Virus record (IMG/VR): IMGVR_UViG_3300036824_000112
Location: 1-31,770 of that record
Length of the DNA stretch: 31,770 bases
Direction: 5' to 3' (one strand)
DNA from: a virus
Taxonomy: Duplodnaviria > Caudoviricetes
Shown here: positions 1 to 9,373 of the stretch, piece after piece
Position numbering within the stretch: position 1 is the first letter of the stretch
How the letters are laid out: each line of letters opens with the position of its first letter
The notes under the pieces: model-generated
What the model was told of the DNA's origin: nothing
The model's database searches: none
Seen by the model: only the letters and a program-made list of their open reading frames with translations
Program-made: the position numbers and the translations under genes

Positions 1-276
1 CTAAGCCCGGTCGACCCTGCCCCGAATTCCTTCCCATGCCCCGTCGGACGGCAGGAACTTAATGCCCGCCTTTTCCATGGCTGTGACGATCTTAGTCAGA
101 GACTCGGTCCGGGCGTCCGATCGCCATTGGAGCGTTGAGTCTACGCTTGGATCACCGTCCACGTCTTCGACCTTCTGAATTGTGGAAATTCCAACGCCGG
201 ATTGCTCTGCAAGTTTAGAAACGGACCACTTCAAAAACGCTCTGGCTGCTCGAATCTGCGCTCCGGTGACTTTCAT
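1..276 (-). CDS. XRE-family HTH transcriptional regulator
   Basis: N-terminal TGAQIRAARAFLKWSVSKLAEQSGVGISTIQKVE HTH and C-terminal AMEKAGIKF, typical of alphaproteobacterial XRE proteins. Confidence 0.85.
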   Translation of the reverse strand: MKVTGAQIRAARAFLKWSVSKLAEQSGVGISTIQKVEDVDGDPSVDSTLQWRSDARTESLTKIVTAMEKAGIKFLPSDGAWEGIRGRVDRA

Positions 277-332
277 TGATACGCCCTCTCACTCAAACCG
301 TGGAACTACGGTAGCGAAGTTTCTGGCTTATT

Positions 333-374
333 GCTAACGATTTTTGTTGACTACTATAGCTAACGATTTATGGT
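333..374 (+). promoter_or_regulatory. Sigma70-like promoter overlapped by two operator-like direct repeats
   Basis: TTGACT (347-352)-N16-TATGGT (369-374). GCTAACGATTT occurs at 333-343 and 359-369, divergent from the XRE gene. Confidence 0.55.
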
Positions 375-418
375 GTCTATCAGACGGGGCGGCCCGTCCA
401 GCATGACGAAGGAACACC

Positions 419-565
419 ATGAACGCCGAGCAATTGAAGGAATTCACCACGCGCCAGTTGATGGCCCTGCTCACCGCGCGAGCCGACGGAGACGACAAGA
501 GCGCGAGCGTCATTATCGACGCACTGGCCAAGGCGTACGGTCTTGAGAACTACCCGCCGCGTTGA
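419..565 (+). CDS. 48-aa small protein, not in the ORF track
   Basis: AAGGAA RBS, ATG at 419, MNAEQLKEFTTRQLMALLTARADGDDKSASVIIDALAKAYGLENYPPR, TGA 563-565. Has a promoter upstream and a terminator downstream. Confidence 0.6.
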   Translation: MNAEQLKEFTTRQLMALLTARADGDDKSASVIIDALAKAYGLENYPPR

Positions 566-643
566 CAAAACGGCCCGATGGGGCCACCTTTTCGGAGTGA
601 GGCGGCTGCGCTAACAACCGCCCCGATCGTCACGTTAGCGGCG

Positions 644-676
644 AAAACGCGGGCCGTCCTTCGGGGCGGCCCTTTT
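644..676. terminator. Bidirectional intrinsic terminator
   Basis: GGGCCGTCC-TTCG-GGGCGGCCC hairpin (651-672), with TTTT after and AAAA before, between convergent genes. Confidence 0.8.
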
Positions 677-682
677 CGTTGC

Positions 683-982
683 TCATGCCCAACCAGACCA
701 CCGGTAGTGCAGCGGTCGATTGAAGTCCGATGCTGCGTCGGATGCGCGCCAACGCGCCAGAATGAGCCGGCTGGCCACCGTCCGGACGCCTTCACCAGCC
801 CGGAGCCGCGCCGTGATCCGTTCGCCCCCGGCGTCGCGCACCGGCATGCCGTCACCTTCGACAAGGGTCAGCAAATCGTCGTCGACCGTGAAAAAGCCAA
901 CCTCGCAACTTCCCACGTCGCCGGGCTGGCCGGACGGGTTGCGGGTCGCGACGGTGATTTCGTTGATACGATTGCGCGCCAT
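683..982 (-). CDS. 99-aa hypothetical protein, last gene of the left late operon
   Basis: ATG overlaps the TerL stop (TGATG at 984..980). MARNRINEIT...FNRPLHYRWSGWA. Confidence 0.7.
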   Translation of the reverse strand: MARNRINEITVATRNPSGQPGDVGSCEVGFFTVDDDLLTLVEGDGMPVRDAGGERITARLRAGEGVRTVASRLILARWRASDAASDFNRPLHYRWSGWA

Positions 983-2544
983 CAGGCTACCCCCAAGTTC
1001 GGATATTCCATTTTGCGGTTGAAGTTCGTCAGCACCGAGCGCGGGATAGGTGACCCTGCCGGTTCTGAGAAGCAGAGCGCCACGGCGTCGGCTTCGTCGG
1101 GCGACGGCATGCCGCGCTTGCGCATATCCTCTTTGGCTTCCAGGACAAGCCTGCCGCTCGAGTCGTATTTGTAGCCGGGCGACGTCAAATCGGCGTGCAG
1201 ACTGTCGCTGTCCGGAATCGAGAAGCGACCTTGCAATGCGGTCTTTATGTTCGACCACATTTCCGCGCGGCGGTTGAGCGGGCCGCCGGCAGGCTTTCCC
1301 GACTCGTCCAGGGGCGCGGGCTCAACGGGTTTGCCGCCGAAGTTCACCGCGTTGACCGTCTCGCCATAGCCTTGTTCAACAAGCCTATCATAAACCCCGA
1401 TGCCGAGACCGCCGACGTCGATATTGAGCTTGATCGGCTTGTCATCGCGAATGATCTTCGAAATCCAGCCGGCCACTTCCATCGTGGAAAGGCCGCGGCG
1501 CTTCTCGATTCTTTCGATGGCATGACCGCGGCGCCACGCGATGGCGGTTGCGTCTGCCCCTTTGCCGGCCGGGTCAACGCCAACGATCAGAGGCCCGTAT
1601 GGCTCGATATCCGTCGCCTTTCGCGCTGCCAACACGATGTCCGCGGTAATGAAGCTGTCGAATTGCGAAGCCATGAACGCTTCGTCCGGCACAATCGGAT
1701 ATTCGCGCTTAAAGTGGTCCTCAGAGCCGAGCTGAGAGATTTTGTTTCGGCGCCAGCAAATCTGTTCCGCGTCCAGGCCGTGCAGCGCGGCCAACGCAGC
1801 TTCTTCCTTGGTCGTGGCGAAGTCGTCGGGCAGCTTCGCCCGATAACTCGGATCGATTGACCAGGGCAGAAATACAGCCATGAACTCGGAATCTCCGGCC
1901 TCTGCACGGCGCCAAAGCTGGTGGAATTCGTCACCGAACTGGTTGCCGGTTGTTTCAAGGATGATCTCTGTCCCGTCGATATCCGGAATGGTCTGCACCA
2001 GGGCGGCCAACTGCTCTTGGAGCGAATGCCAGAACGCGGCTTCCGATGCGTGCAGAAACTGCGCGGTCGACGACCGGCCGGAGCCTTCAAGCGTGGCAAC
2101 GGAGACCATGTAGCCGGAATCGATCGTGTCAAAAATCAACTCTTCGGCGTTCGACGTGCCGACCGACTGCCGATGCTCTGGCGGCATGTTGTCGTGGAAT
2201 CGCTTGACCAGGTTGAACAGATTCCGGCTCGCCGGCTTTTCATGGCCGATGATTTGCGTCCGCAGGCCCGGATTGCTCGTGGTGCTCTTGTAGTAGCGCG
2301 CGGCAACATAGGTCGAAATGCCCATCTGGCGCGCCTTCAACACGATCGCGCGGACGCGGCCGGTCTTGGCTTTTTGCTCTTCAAGTTTCCGGTGCAACTC
2401 GCGCTGCGCCGGATTGAAGGTGAACGGAGCGAGGTTGCCCGCCTTCGGCCTGATCTTCAAACGCTCCGACGCGAAGAATTCCAGGTCATTGGCGAGCTTG
2501 GTTGCGCGCTCGCCTTCCGCTCGGAGATTGGTAAGCCAGTCCAT
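982..2544 (-). CDS. terL: Terminase large subunit
   Basis: Q motif FNPAQ, Walker A KARQMGIST, Walker B LHASEAAFW, coupling motif LETT, nuclease motifs GVDPA, IDVGG and SPDEADA. Confidence 0.93.
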   Translation of the reverse strand: MDWLTNLRAEGERATKLANDLEFFASERLKIRPKAGNLAPFTFNPAQRELHRKLEEQKAKTGRVRAIVLKARQMGISTYVAARYYKSTTSNPGLRTQIIGHEKPASRNLFNLVKRFHDNMPPEHRQSVGTSNAEELIFDTIDSGYMVSVATLEGSGRSSTAQFLHASEAAFWHSLQEQLAALVQTIPDIDGTEIILETTGNQFGDEFHQLWRRAEAGDSEFMAVFLPWSIDPSYRAKLPDDFATTKEEAALAALHGLDAEQICWRRNKISQLGSEDHFKREYPIVPDEAFMASQFDSFITADIVLAARKATDIEPYGPLIVGVDPAGKGADATAIAWRRGHAIERIEKRRGLSTMEVAGWISKIIRDDKPIKLNIDVGGLGIGVYDRLVEQGYGETVNAVNFGGKPVEPAPLDESGKPAGGPLNRRAEMWSNIKTALQGRFSIPDSDSLHADLTSPGYKYDSSGRLVLEAKEDMRKRGMPSPDEADAVALCFSEPAGSPIPRSVLTNFNRKMEYPNLGVA

Positions 2545-2726
2545 CAGCGCCGACCAAAATCGACGCCATAGACAATATTATCGATGTCCCGGCTGGCATC
2601 GCGATATTCCTGCTCGCGGCGCGCGGTGGCGTATTCCTCTGCCTCTGCGACGAGCCGCATTGCATATTCGAACGGGACGGCCATGCCGGCAGCAATATGG
2701 GCCGCCTGCGTCAGATCCTCAAACAC
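2544..2726 (-). CDS. 60-aa hypothetical protein
   Basis: GTG start overlaps the upstream TAG (TAGTG at 2728..2724), and the stop overlaps the terL ATG. Confidence 0.6.
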   Translation of the reverse strand: MFEDLTQAAHIAAGMAVPFEYAMRLVAEAEEYATARREQEYRDASRDIDNIVYGVDFGRR

Positions 2727-2938
2727 TATGCTTTCTCCGAATTCTGAAAGAACGCGCGGCATTGGCAGCCGCCGGCCCGCACCATCAAGTCGTGTTTGAT
2801 TCTCACCGCGGGCACGCCCGGAGTGATCTTGGCCTCTTCCGCAACTCGCGCATCAATATAGGCTTCAATTTCGTCGTGCAGCGTCTTGATGCGATCGAGG
2901 TTGAGCGGCGTCGGCGGTGGTCTGAGTGCGGGTGCCAT
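2726..2938 (-). CDS. 70-aa hypothetical protein with CxC motif
   Basis: AGGA RBS; in operon; amphipathic helix followed by GGCQCR. Confidence 0.65.
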   Translation of the reverse strand: MAPALRPPPTPLNLDRIKTLHDEIEAYIDARVAEEAKITPGVPAVRIKHDLMVRAGGCQCRAFFQNSEKA

Positions 2939-2950
2939 GTCCTGATTCCT

Positions 2951-3187
2951 TTATCGGTCGATTTTGCGTAGTTGATCGTGCGTGCTGCGCAGCACTATTT
3001 CGAAAACATGGCGCTTCGCCGCTTCTCTCGGGGTGCCGAAGGTATCCGGTGTTTTCAGATTTTTGAGATGCTGAATCCTCGCCTCGATATCGTGCTTTGC
3101 GAATTCGTTTGCGACTTCCCCAACGGAAAGTTCTCGGCCAAACCGAAGTTTCGCCTCGGTCTGCATCTCTTCGATGTAATCAGTCAT
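2951..3187 (-). CDS. 78-aa hypothetical protein
   Basis: Starts 3 bp after the scaffold stop, with AGGAAGA RBS; helical composition. Confidence 0.7.
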   Translation of the reverse strand: MTDYIEEMQTEAKLRFGRELSVGEVANEFAKHDIEARIQHLKNLKTPDTFGTPREAAKRHVFEIVLRSTHDQLRKIDR

Positions 3188-3190
3188 TGG

Positions 3191-4309
3191 TTATCTTCCT
3201 TTCGAACGTGCGAGCCGCAGCGCGACCGCATCTTTGAGTGAACCTGATTTGGATAGCTTGGCGCTGAGCGCGGCCAAGCTGGCATCGTTACGCGATCCGC
3301 TCCCGCTCGACCCGGCGATGCCTGGTTTCTGCACGTGCGGGATATCGCGCGTCGGCGTTGCCTTCGCGGCCTTGCTGAGCAAGTCGTAACGAGCAGCCTT
3401 GACCAGGAGAGCTTCGGCGGTCGCCCGCGGAAAGGTCGATTGGCTGCTCACCGCCTTGAGAAACTGCGCGACGTCCGCGCCGTGCTCGGCAAGCATCTTC
3501 GGCACATGCGCTTTGACCGCATCCATTTCCTTCGCTGGAATGCTCTTGGTCATCTCAGCAAAGCGCGCGTTTTCCTTTGCCGCGTAGTTCCGGAATTCGG
3601 TCTGTTCGCGGGCGGCCTTCTGCGTCTTGAGTTGCTGACTGGCGGCCTCAACCTGACCAAGGGCCTGCAATTTGCCGAAGATGACGCGGGCGCGCGCGGG
3701 GTCGTGTTGGTGGAGCGCATTAATCGTGTTCGCCCACTGGTCGAGCGGGAGACTCGCAAGTTCGGGCGCCTCGGAAAAGAGGCTAGCCGCGGCGAACTTT
3801 CCGGCCTGGTCGACAGCCGTTGAATATGCTTCGCGCTGCGCGTCTGCGGTGGCCACGCGTTCGGTGATGGCGGCTTGAATTTTCGGATTGGCCAGGGCGC
3901 GTTCGACGTCGATTTCACCGTCTGGAAGCTGCGCCTTCGATTCGGGCTTCTCGCCGCGCAGCTTGTCGACTTCCTTTTGCTGCGCCTTCGTGTCGTCGAT
4001 TTCCGCTTGCGATGCGTCCGCTTGCCGTGCCTCCGCCAGCATCTCTGCGGCCTGCTCGGTGGTCATTGTTTCGTTTGCCGGCAAGCCAGTGGTATGCGTG
4101 ATGATCTTCGACTCAGGACCGCTCAACTCCCTCAGGCGCTGCGCGGCTTCATCTTTGGTCAACTCTTCCGGCGCCTCCGCCTTGGAGTCGTCCTGCATCG
4201 GCACGTAGCCGGCGGCGCGCTCCAATCCTTCCCGACCATAGGCCGGCTCGGTCGATTCAAACTGGCCGGCGTCATTGCGCGGTGCTTCTACGGTGGTGGT
4301 GTCGGTCAT
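3191..4309 (-). CDS. Putative capsid scaffolding protein (podovirus type)
   Basis: Acidic, disordered N-terminus with RNDAGQF, long Ala/Glu/Gln coiled coil, KPG linker and basic C-terminal helix-turn-helix LSAKLSKSGSLKDAVALRLAR, resembling coat-binding tails of podovirus scaffolds. GAGG RBS. Confidence 0.6.
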   Translation of the reverse strand: MTDTTTVEAPRNDAGQFESTEPAYGREGLERAAGYVPMQDDSKAEAPEELTKDEAAQRLRELSGPESKIITHTTGLPANETMTTEQAAEMLAEARQADASQAEIDDTKAQQKEVDKLRGEKPESKAQLPDGEIDVERALANPKIQAAITERVATADAQREAYSTAVDQAGKFAAASLFSEAPELASLPLDQWANTINALHQHDPARARVIFGKLQALGQVEAASQQLKTQKAAREQTEFRNYAAKENARFAEMTKSIPAKEMDAVKAHVPKMLAEHGADVAQFLKAVSSQSTFPRATAEALLVKAARYDLLSKAAKATPTRDIPHVQKPGIAGSSGSGSRNDASLAALSAKLSKSGSLKDAVALRLARSKGR

Positions 4310-4313
4310 CAGG

Positions 4314-6344
4314 TTACCTCGTTACAAAGATTGGCGCAGGGCGCTTGGGTTGATTGGCGTTGGTGGTGACAGTGGCTGCACCCGCGCCACTGCGCGCGAG
4401 CTGTTGCAGAAATTGCAGTTGACCAATGGTCCGGGTCACCATCGCGTTGAGCGCGGCGGCATTCATGGTGGCGCCGTTCTGCAAGAGAATGTCAGAGACC
4501 GCTTTCCGCACGGCGGGAGTGTTACCGGTGATGCCGCGCACGCCAGCGTGCAACATTGAGCCGATTGCAGCGCTCCAATTGCCCGTTGCCGCATGCATGA
4601 CGGTGGTCGGGTTGACGCCAAGCGCCTCGTGATCCGCCAGATTGTCCGCGGTGTGCGAGCCGCCGAGCGCTTGGTTACGGGTTTCGAACATCGTCTGTTC
4701 GCGCGCCAAACGCTGTTGAAGTGGATTAAGCTGACCAGGCTGCACCGGCCCTTGATGCAGGGACAGCGTGTCTAGCTCTTGCTGTGCCTTCTGCGACGTG
4801 AGCGGGCGAACCTTGTTGGAGCCTATGCCGGGCGTGCTCTCGATTTTGCCAATGCGCGTATCCGCATAGCCGGCGCGGAAGCCTTGCTGTGCCTGCGGAT
4901 TGAGCGCATTAAAGCGATCGATGTTGTCTGCCGCACGCCCACGCGTTGCAGCCTCGGAGCCGACGTTAACCGCATCGCGCACATGGGCGGGGCCGGAATA
5001 GGCGGCGCGTGCCTGACCATAGCTCGGGTTTACGCTGTCGACCTCATTGAGGAAAGAACGTCGAACGTTGTCCAGCGCGCGCCCGTATTCATCGAGTGCG
5101 AGTCGACCGGTCGTCTTGTCGCGATACCCCTCAAGGATATTGTCCCAACCCTTCTTAATGAGGTTGATAGTCCGCATGTTGGGCACACCGGAAATGAGCG
5201 GATCGCCGGCTTCGTTGAATCCCGTGATCGCATGGTCGACCGGGTTAAATGGACGACCGGTCGCGAGCGATTCGAGCCGTTGAACGCGGACACCCTCACG
5301 GAGACCTTGCGCGGTGATCGGATCATCGAAAAACTGCTGTATCCGGTCGTTCCAAACCGGTCGTTGATTGAGCGCATCCTGGTAGAGCGGTGCGGATTCA
5401 CGGCGCGCTTGCTCTGTCAACTGGTCGATCGTCTGCCGGGCGGTGTTGCCGGTGCCCAAACCTTCGTCCAGCATATCGGAAACCCGTTCACCCTGACCCG
5501 CCTGGCGATTTTCCAGTGCGTTGACGACGTTGGTCCGCCCCTCACCAGGTGCGCGCGCCACGGTCGACAACATGCGCTGCCCGGGGTTCCCGAGTGCATC
5601 GGCGAGGATGTAATCGCCCTGGCCGGCTGCACTCGCATCTTGAACGGCCTGACTAAGCTGCTGCGGCGTGTGACCGCTTTCCGAAACGGCGCGCGCGACC
5701 TGGCGATTTGCGGCACCCGTCGGGTTGATCCGCGCCATGATGCTAGAAACGAACGGGCTGGCCGCAGCCTCTACGGCCGGCGCGGCGCCGCCGATTAGAC
5801 CGCCGATAAGCGCGCCGGAAACCGGGTCACCATTCCGGATGGCCGAATCGGCGCCACCGAGCAGAGCATTCGAAGCCGCACCCATTCCGGTGCGCGCGGC
5901 AAAGCTGCCCGTCGCTCCGAACAAGCCGGGCGCAGCGGCGACAACCGGCGCCATGGAAGCGACACCGCCCGCCAGCTTCGCGCCCGTGTCAATGACGGGA
6001 TGCTGAGCGGCAAACTTTGCGTCGGCGCCTTCCTGGTCACGGAGCGAATGGGTGTAGCGCTCGGACCACGTTGGTTCGCTGAGCTGATCTTTTTCATCGA
6101 ACAGCGGATTGAGCACGGGCGCAAGCGCGGCATTCGTGGCGGCGTCCGCCTTGTTGAGCAGTCCGCCGAGAACGGGAACGCCCGTGGCGAACGATCGCCC
6201 GACGTTATTGACCGAAACGGGATCAACCTTCGGCGACAAACTCGCCGCGATGTGGTCGACCGTCGATTGCTGTTCGTCGGGCGAGAGTTTGAGAAACGAG
6301 TCGTCGACCGCGACGCGCTGGCCGTTGATATCGAGGGTTGCCAT
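4314..6344 (-). CDS. Putative internal virion / DNA ejection protein (676 aa)
   Basis: True start MATLDING overlaps the upstream stop (TAATG at 6346..6342). Gly/Ala-rich hydrophobic segments then a long helical region; position after the tail fibre is typical of podovirus ejection proteins. Confidence 0.6.
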   Translation of the reverse strand: MATLDINGQRVAVDDSFLKLSPDEQQSTVDHIAASLSPKVDPVSVNNVGRSFATGVPVLGGLLNKADAATNAALAPVLNPLFDEKDQLSEPTWSERYTHSLRDQEGADAKFAAQHPVIDTGAKLAGGVASMAPVVAAAPGLFGATGSFAARTGMGAASNALLGGADSAIRNGDPVSGALIGGLIGGAAPAVEAAASPFVSSIMARINPTGAANRQVARAVSESGHTPQQLSQAVQDASAAGQGDYILADALGNPGQRMLSTVARAPGEGRTNVVNALENRQAGQGERVSDMLDEGLGTGNTARQTIDQLTEQARRESAPLYQDALNQRPVWNDRIQQFFDDPITAQGLREGVRVQRLESLATGRPFNPVDHAITGFNEAGDPLISGVPNMRTINLIKKGWDNILEGYRDKTTGRLALDEYGRALDNVRRSFLNEVDSVNPSYGQARAAYSGPAHVRDAVNVGSEAATRGRAADNIDRFNALNPQAQQGFRAGYADTRIGKIESTPGIGSNKVRPLTSQKAQQELDTLSLHQGPVQPGQLNPLQQRLAREQTMFETRNQALGGSHTADNLADHEALGVNPTTVMHAATGNWSAAIGSMLHAGVRGITGNTPAVRKAVSDILLQNGATMNAAALNAMVTRTIGQLQFLQQLARSGAGAATVTTNANQPKRPAPIFVTR

Positions 6345-7867
6345 TACTGCACCACGCTCCATTTGACGCCAGTTGGCGCCGTACCGGAGGCACCCGCGGC
6401 GTTGTCGGATTTCAGCCACGCATCAATGCGCTTAAGCACTGCCTGGCCTTCCGGCTTGATGAGAGGGCCGGCCTTGTCGGCGGCCATCTGGCCCATGCCC
6501 GCCACGCGCTTCTCTTCAAGCGCATCAAGCGAACCGTGCAGAAGTTCGGAAAGCTTTTTGATTTGCGCACGCTGTTGCGCCGGGCTCATGTTCGGCGAAA
6601 GGTTCTCTTCCCAAGCGTGAATCTCGGCGTCGCTCATGTTGGCGCCCTTGAACACCTTGGACATTTCCTCGGCGACCGCGTGCGCGTTGGTGCGGAAAGC
6701 GCCAGGCTCGCCGCCGCCCGTGGCCTCGTTGTATTTATTGCCGACCCAATTGAGCGCCGGATAACTACCGTTGTGCAGATCGTCGGCAGAGTTGAGCAGA
6801 GCATCAACATGGGCGAGCGTTTGGTTTGCACTACGGACCATTTCGGCCGACTTGCCTGCGCTGAAATCCCTCACGCTGGCGACACGGCCGCTCCAATTCG
6901 TCGCATCGAAGGTCGGATCGTAAGCATTCGCTGCCGCCATCATGTTCTGCCAATAGGGCCGGCTCATTGCGAGGCTGCCCGGCGGCGGCTGGCGCCCTTC
7001 GACCATCGCTTTCACGCGGCCGGCAACGTCGGGCGGCAGCGTCGCGAGATACGCGGCGCCGGTCTTCGACATATCGCCAAGTCCGCTGTTGTTCGCATCG
7101 GCACCAGGCGCGCCTTCAATCGGCGTCGTCTCGCCGGTCGCCTTGTTCATTTTGGAGAACGTCTTGTTTCCGAGTCCATCCTGGCCGGTCTGGACGACGC
7201 TAAAGCTGTCGTTCTGCTCCGGCGTGTAGGCGCGCGAAACTCTGCCGTTTCTGTCGGCGACGTATCCTTGACCGAGAGACGTCAGGGTCTGCGGACCGAA
7301 CTTCTGTGCGACGATCGTTTTACCGGCCTCTGGATTCAGAACGGCAACGGTCGCTTGCTGCGGAGATAGGCCCGCATTGACCAAGGACGTGAACTGCTGC
7401 TGCTGCTGGCGCTGCTGTTGCGCCTGGAAGTCCGCCTGCGGGTCGTCACGCTGACCGGTCACCAGGCCCGAGATGCCACCAATCAAGCCGCCGCCGTGGC
7501 GCATGCTTTGCCAGGCCGCCCTAAAATGACTGCCGATATCGTCCGTCGGTGCCGGCTGCGCGATGGGCAGCACGGGAGCTGTGGCAGGTTGAATGACATG
7601 CTCGCCAGTGGCGGGATCGAGCTGGCCGGCGGGCAAATCAAAGCCCGAACCAATGCGGGGCATCTGGTAATCGCCGACGGCAATCGGTGCATTCTGCGGT
7701 GCGGCCGGCTGCGGCGCTGGTGCGCTCGCCTGTGCATCCATCGGCGAAGGTGAAAAGCCCGGCCCCGTGTTCGTCGACGCCGCCGCGTAATCTGCGAGAA
7801 TGCGATCGATCAATCCGCCTTGCGCGGGCTGGTACGTCGCGGGATCGTAGGCGTCAAAGAGGCCCAT
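6344..7867 (-). CDS. Putative internal virion / DNA ejection protein (507 aa)
   Basis: MGLFD start, Pro/Ala/Gln-rich N-terminus, GGGLIGGISG segment, poly-Q and helical C-terminus; paired with the next large gene. Confidence 0.55.
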   Translation of the reverse strand: MGLFDAYDPATYQPAQGGLIDRILADYAAASTNTGPGFSPSPMDAQASAPAPQPAAPQNAPIAVGDYQMPRIGSGFDLPAGQLDPATGEHVIQPATAPVLPIAQPAPTDDIGSHFRAAWQSMRHGGGLIGGISGLVTGQRDDPQADFQAQQQRQQQQQFTSLVNAGLSPQQATVAVLNPEAGKTIVAQKFGPQTLTSLGQGYVADRNGRVSRAYTPEQNDSFSVVQTGQDGLGNKTFSKMNKATGETTPIEGAPGADANNSGLGDMSKTGAAYLATLPPDVAGRVKAMVEGRQPPPGSLAMSRPYWQNMMAAANAYDPTFDATNWSGRVASVRDFSAGKSAEMVRSANQTLAHVDALLNSADDLHNGSYPALNWVGNKYNEATGGGEPGAFRTNAHAVAEEMSKVFKGANMSDAEIHAWEENLSPNMSPAQQRAQIKKLSELLHGSLDALEEKRVAGMGQMAADKAGPLIKPEGQAVLKRIDAWLKSDNAAGASGTAPTGVKWSVVQ

Positions 7868-7868
7868 G

Positions 7869-8900
7869 TCAGATGATCCTCAAAATCTTGTTCAACACGA
7901 TCGTCGGCTGAATGTTGTTGTGCGCGGTGCCTCCGGTGTTATTTGAGGCGGATGAAACGGTTCCTGTCGCGGTACCCGTCGCTCCTAGCTTGCTGACGGT
8001 CGGACCGACGTTAAGCGACACGGCCGCAACACCTCCGGAACCACCGGCACTCACTAGCGTGCCGTCACCCGAATTGCTGGCGACGAAGTTGTTAAGATTC
8101 GTGGTGACGGCCAATGTCGGCGATGCAGTTGACGTGATCGTCGGAATCTCGGCGGCGACCAGCGTATGGGTCTGTTCGCCACCCGCAGAGCCGAGAGCAG
8201 AGCCGTTCATACCTCCGGTGTTGAGCCGACCCGTTATGTTGCCAGTGTCAAGCCCGGCCACAACACGGCCGCGGAGATCAGGAACGTTAAAGGTGGTGCT
8301 GCCGTCGCCGGTGCCATAGGTGGTCCCGACAATCGAAAAAAGCGCCGCGTAGGTGATCCGCGAGATCGCCTGACCGATCGGGAAGGCGAACGAACTGTTC
8401 GGGGTGGTGGCCGCAACGTAGTCGATCATGCCGCCGAGCGGTACCGAGTATGGATTGCCGTAAAACCCTTGCAGATACAGCGCACCGTCGGTGTTGTTGT
8501 AGAGCGCCACATAGGGCGTTCCCTGGACCAACACGCCGGCAGGAAGTTCCTTGCCGGGAGAACTGCGCAGCGGGAGGTTAGCGAAGCCGTCGACCGTGAT
8601 CGTGACCGGTCCCGCCGCGTTGGTGACGTGCGGCGTGAAGGCGATCATTTGACCGTTGAAATCGGTGAGGTTGACGAAATTCTGATTGCTCGCGACCTGA
8701 TAAGCCGCTGACGTTCCGGTGGTGACAATCGCACCCGAAATGTCATCTCTGTATTTGGCGGCGCTTGTCATCATCGCGCGAGCGCTATCGTTAATTGAGG
8801 AGGGCGCTTGTCCTTCCGCCCAATTCACGGTGTTATCTGCGCTGGCATTGTTCGCCGCGATTTTCGACCAAACCGACAAGCCGCCGTTGTTACTAGGCAT
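7869..8900 (-). CDS. Tail fibre protein with phage tail-collar domain
   Basis: Collar motif VPLGGMIDY...GQAISRITYAALFSIVGTTYGTGDGSTTFNVPDLRGRVVAG, then GGEQTHTL and C-terminal HNNIQPTIVLNKILRI. N-terminal NWAEGQAPSSINDSARAMM is a likely attachment segment. Confidence 0.88.
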   Translation of the reverse strand: MPSNNGGLSVWSKIAANNASADNTVNWAEGQAPSSINDSARAMMTSAAKYRDDISGAIVTTGTSAAYQVASNQNFVNLTDFNGQMIAFTPHVTNAAGPVTITVDGFANLPLRSSPGKELPAGVLVQGTPYVALYNNTDGALYLQGFYGNPYSVPLGGMIDYVAATTPNSSFAFPIGQAISRITYAALFSIVGTTYGTGDGSTTFNVPDLRGRVVAGLDTGNITGRLNTGGMNGSALGSAGGEQTHTLVAAEIPTITSTASPTLAVTTNLNNFVASNSGDGTLVSAGGSGGVAAVSLNVGPTVSKLGATGTATGTVSSASNNTGGTAHNNIQPTIVLNKILRII

Positions 8901-9373
8901 CAGGCGTGCTCCACCGACTTAGGCACCACCGGATAGGTGCAGATCACGCGATCCGGCGTGCCGTACACGTCAACGAGCGTGAAATGCGGCGCCAGGCGCC
9001 AGTGCGCGGCCAGGTCGAAAGGCTCCGAGTCTTCGTGAACGACTGGCACCCAAACGTCGCCCTCGCGTTCCGGCGCCGGCTTGTCGGCGTGGTAGCCCAT
9101 GCCCTTGATCTGATCGCCCACGATCCGCGCCCAACGCTGGCGGCCCTCTACGCGGTCATAGAGAGCGCCTGCGCTTCGGGATACTTCGGCGCGCCGCAGA
9201 GTGCCTTCCAACATGGCGCACGTCCTGGCGGCTTGGCGCACCCATTCGCTGGCGGTCATTCCGCGCGCCACAGCGGCGTCAATGACGGCATCGCACAGTT
9301 CGGGCTCTAGCCGGACGTGCAGCGTGTTGGAACGTCCCACGGAGCGTTTCTGGTGATCCTTGGGGGCGGTCAT
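8900..9373 (-). CDS. Ribbon-helix-helix domain protein with an extra C-terminal domain
   Basis: ATGA overlap at 9373..9370. TLHVRLEPELCDAVIDAAVARGMTASEWVRQA fits the RHH pattern. Confidence 0.6.
   Translation of the reverse strand: MTAPKDHQKRSVGRSNTLHVRLEPELCDAVIDAAVARGMTASEWVRQAARTCAMLEGTLRRAEVSRSAGALYDRVEGRQRWARIVGDQIKGMGYHADKPAPEREGDVWVPVVHEDSEPFDLAAHWRLAPHFTLVDVYGTPDRVICTYPVVPKSVEHA

Noticed and set aside
3191-4309. Major capsid protein, based on size (372 aa)
   Set aside because: Almost entirely helical, charged and low in aromatics; fits a scaffold, not an HK97 fold.
4779-7369. Long plus-strand ORFs (4779-5798, 6338-7369) and similar shadow ORFs such as 11201-12133 and 23166-24032
   Set aside because: Antisense shadows of real genes in GC-rich DNA, with no RBS or motifs.
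4314-7867. Portal or tape measure for the left element
   Set aside because: No portal motifs and no upstream tail chaperone; composition and position fit ejection proteins better.
7869-8900. Diversity-generating retroelement or shufflon acting on the tail fibre
   Set aside because: No reverse transcriptase, invertase or template repeat was seen.
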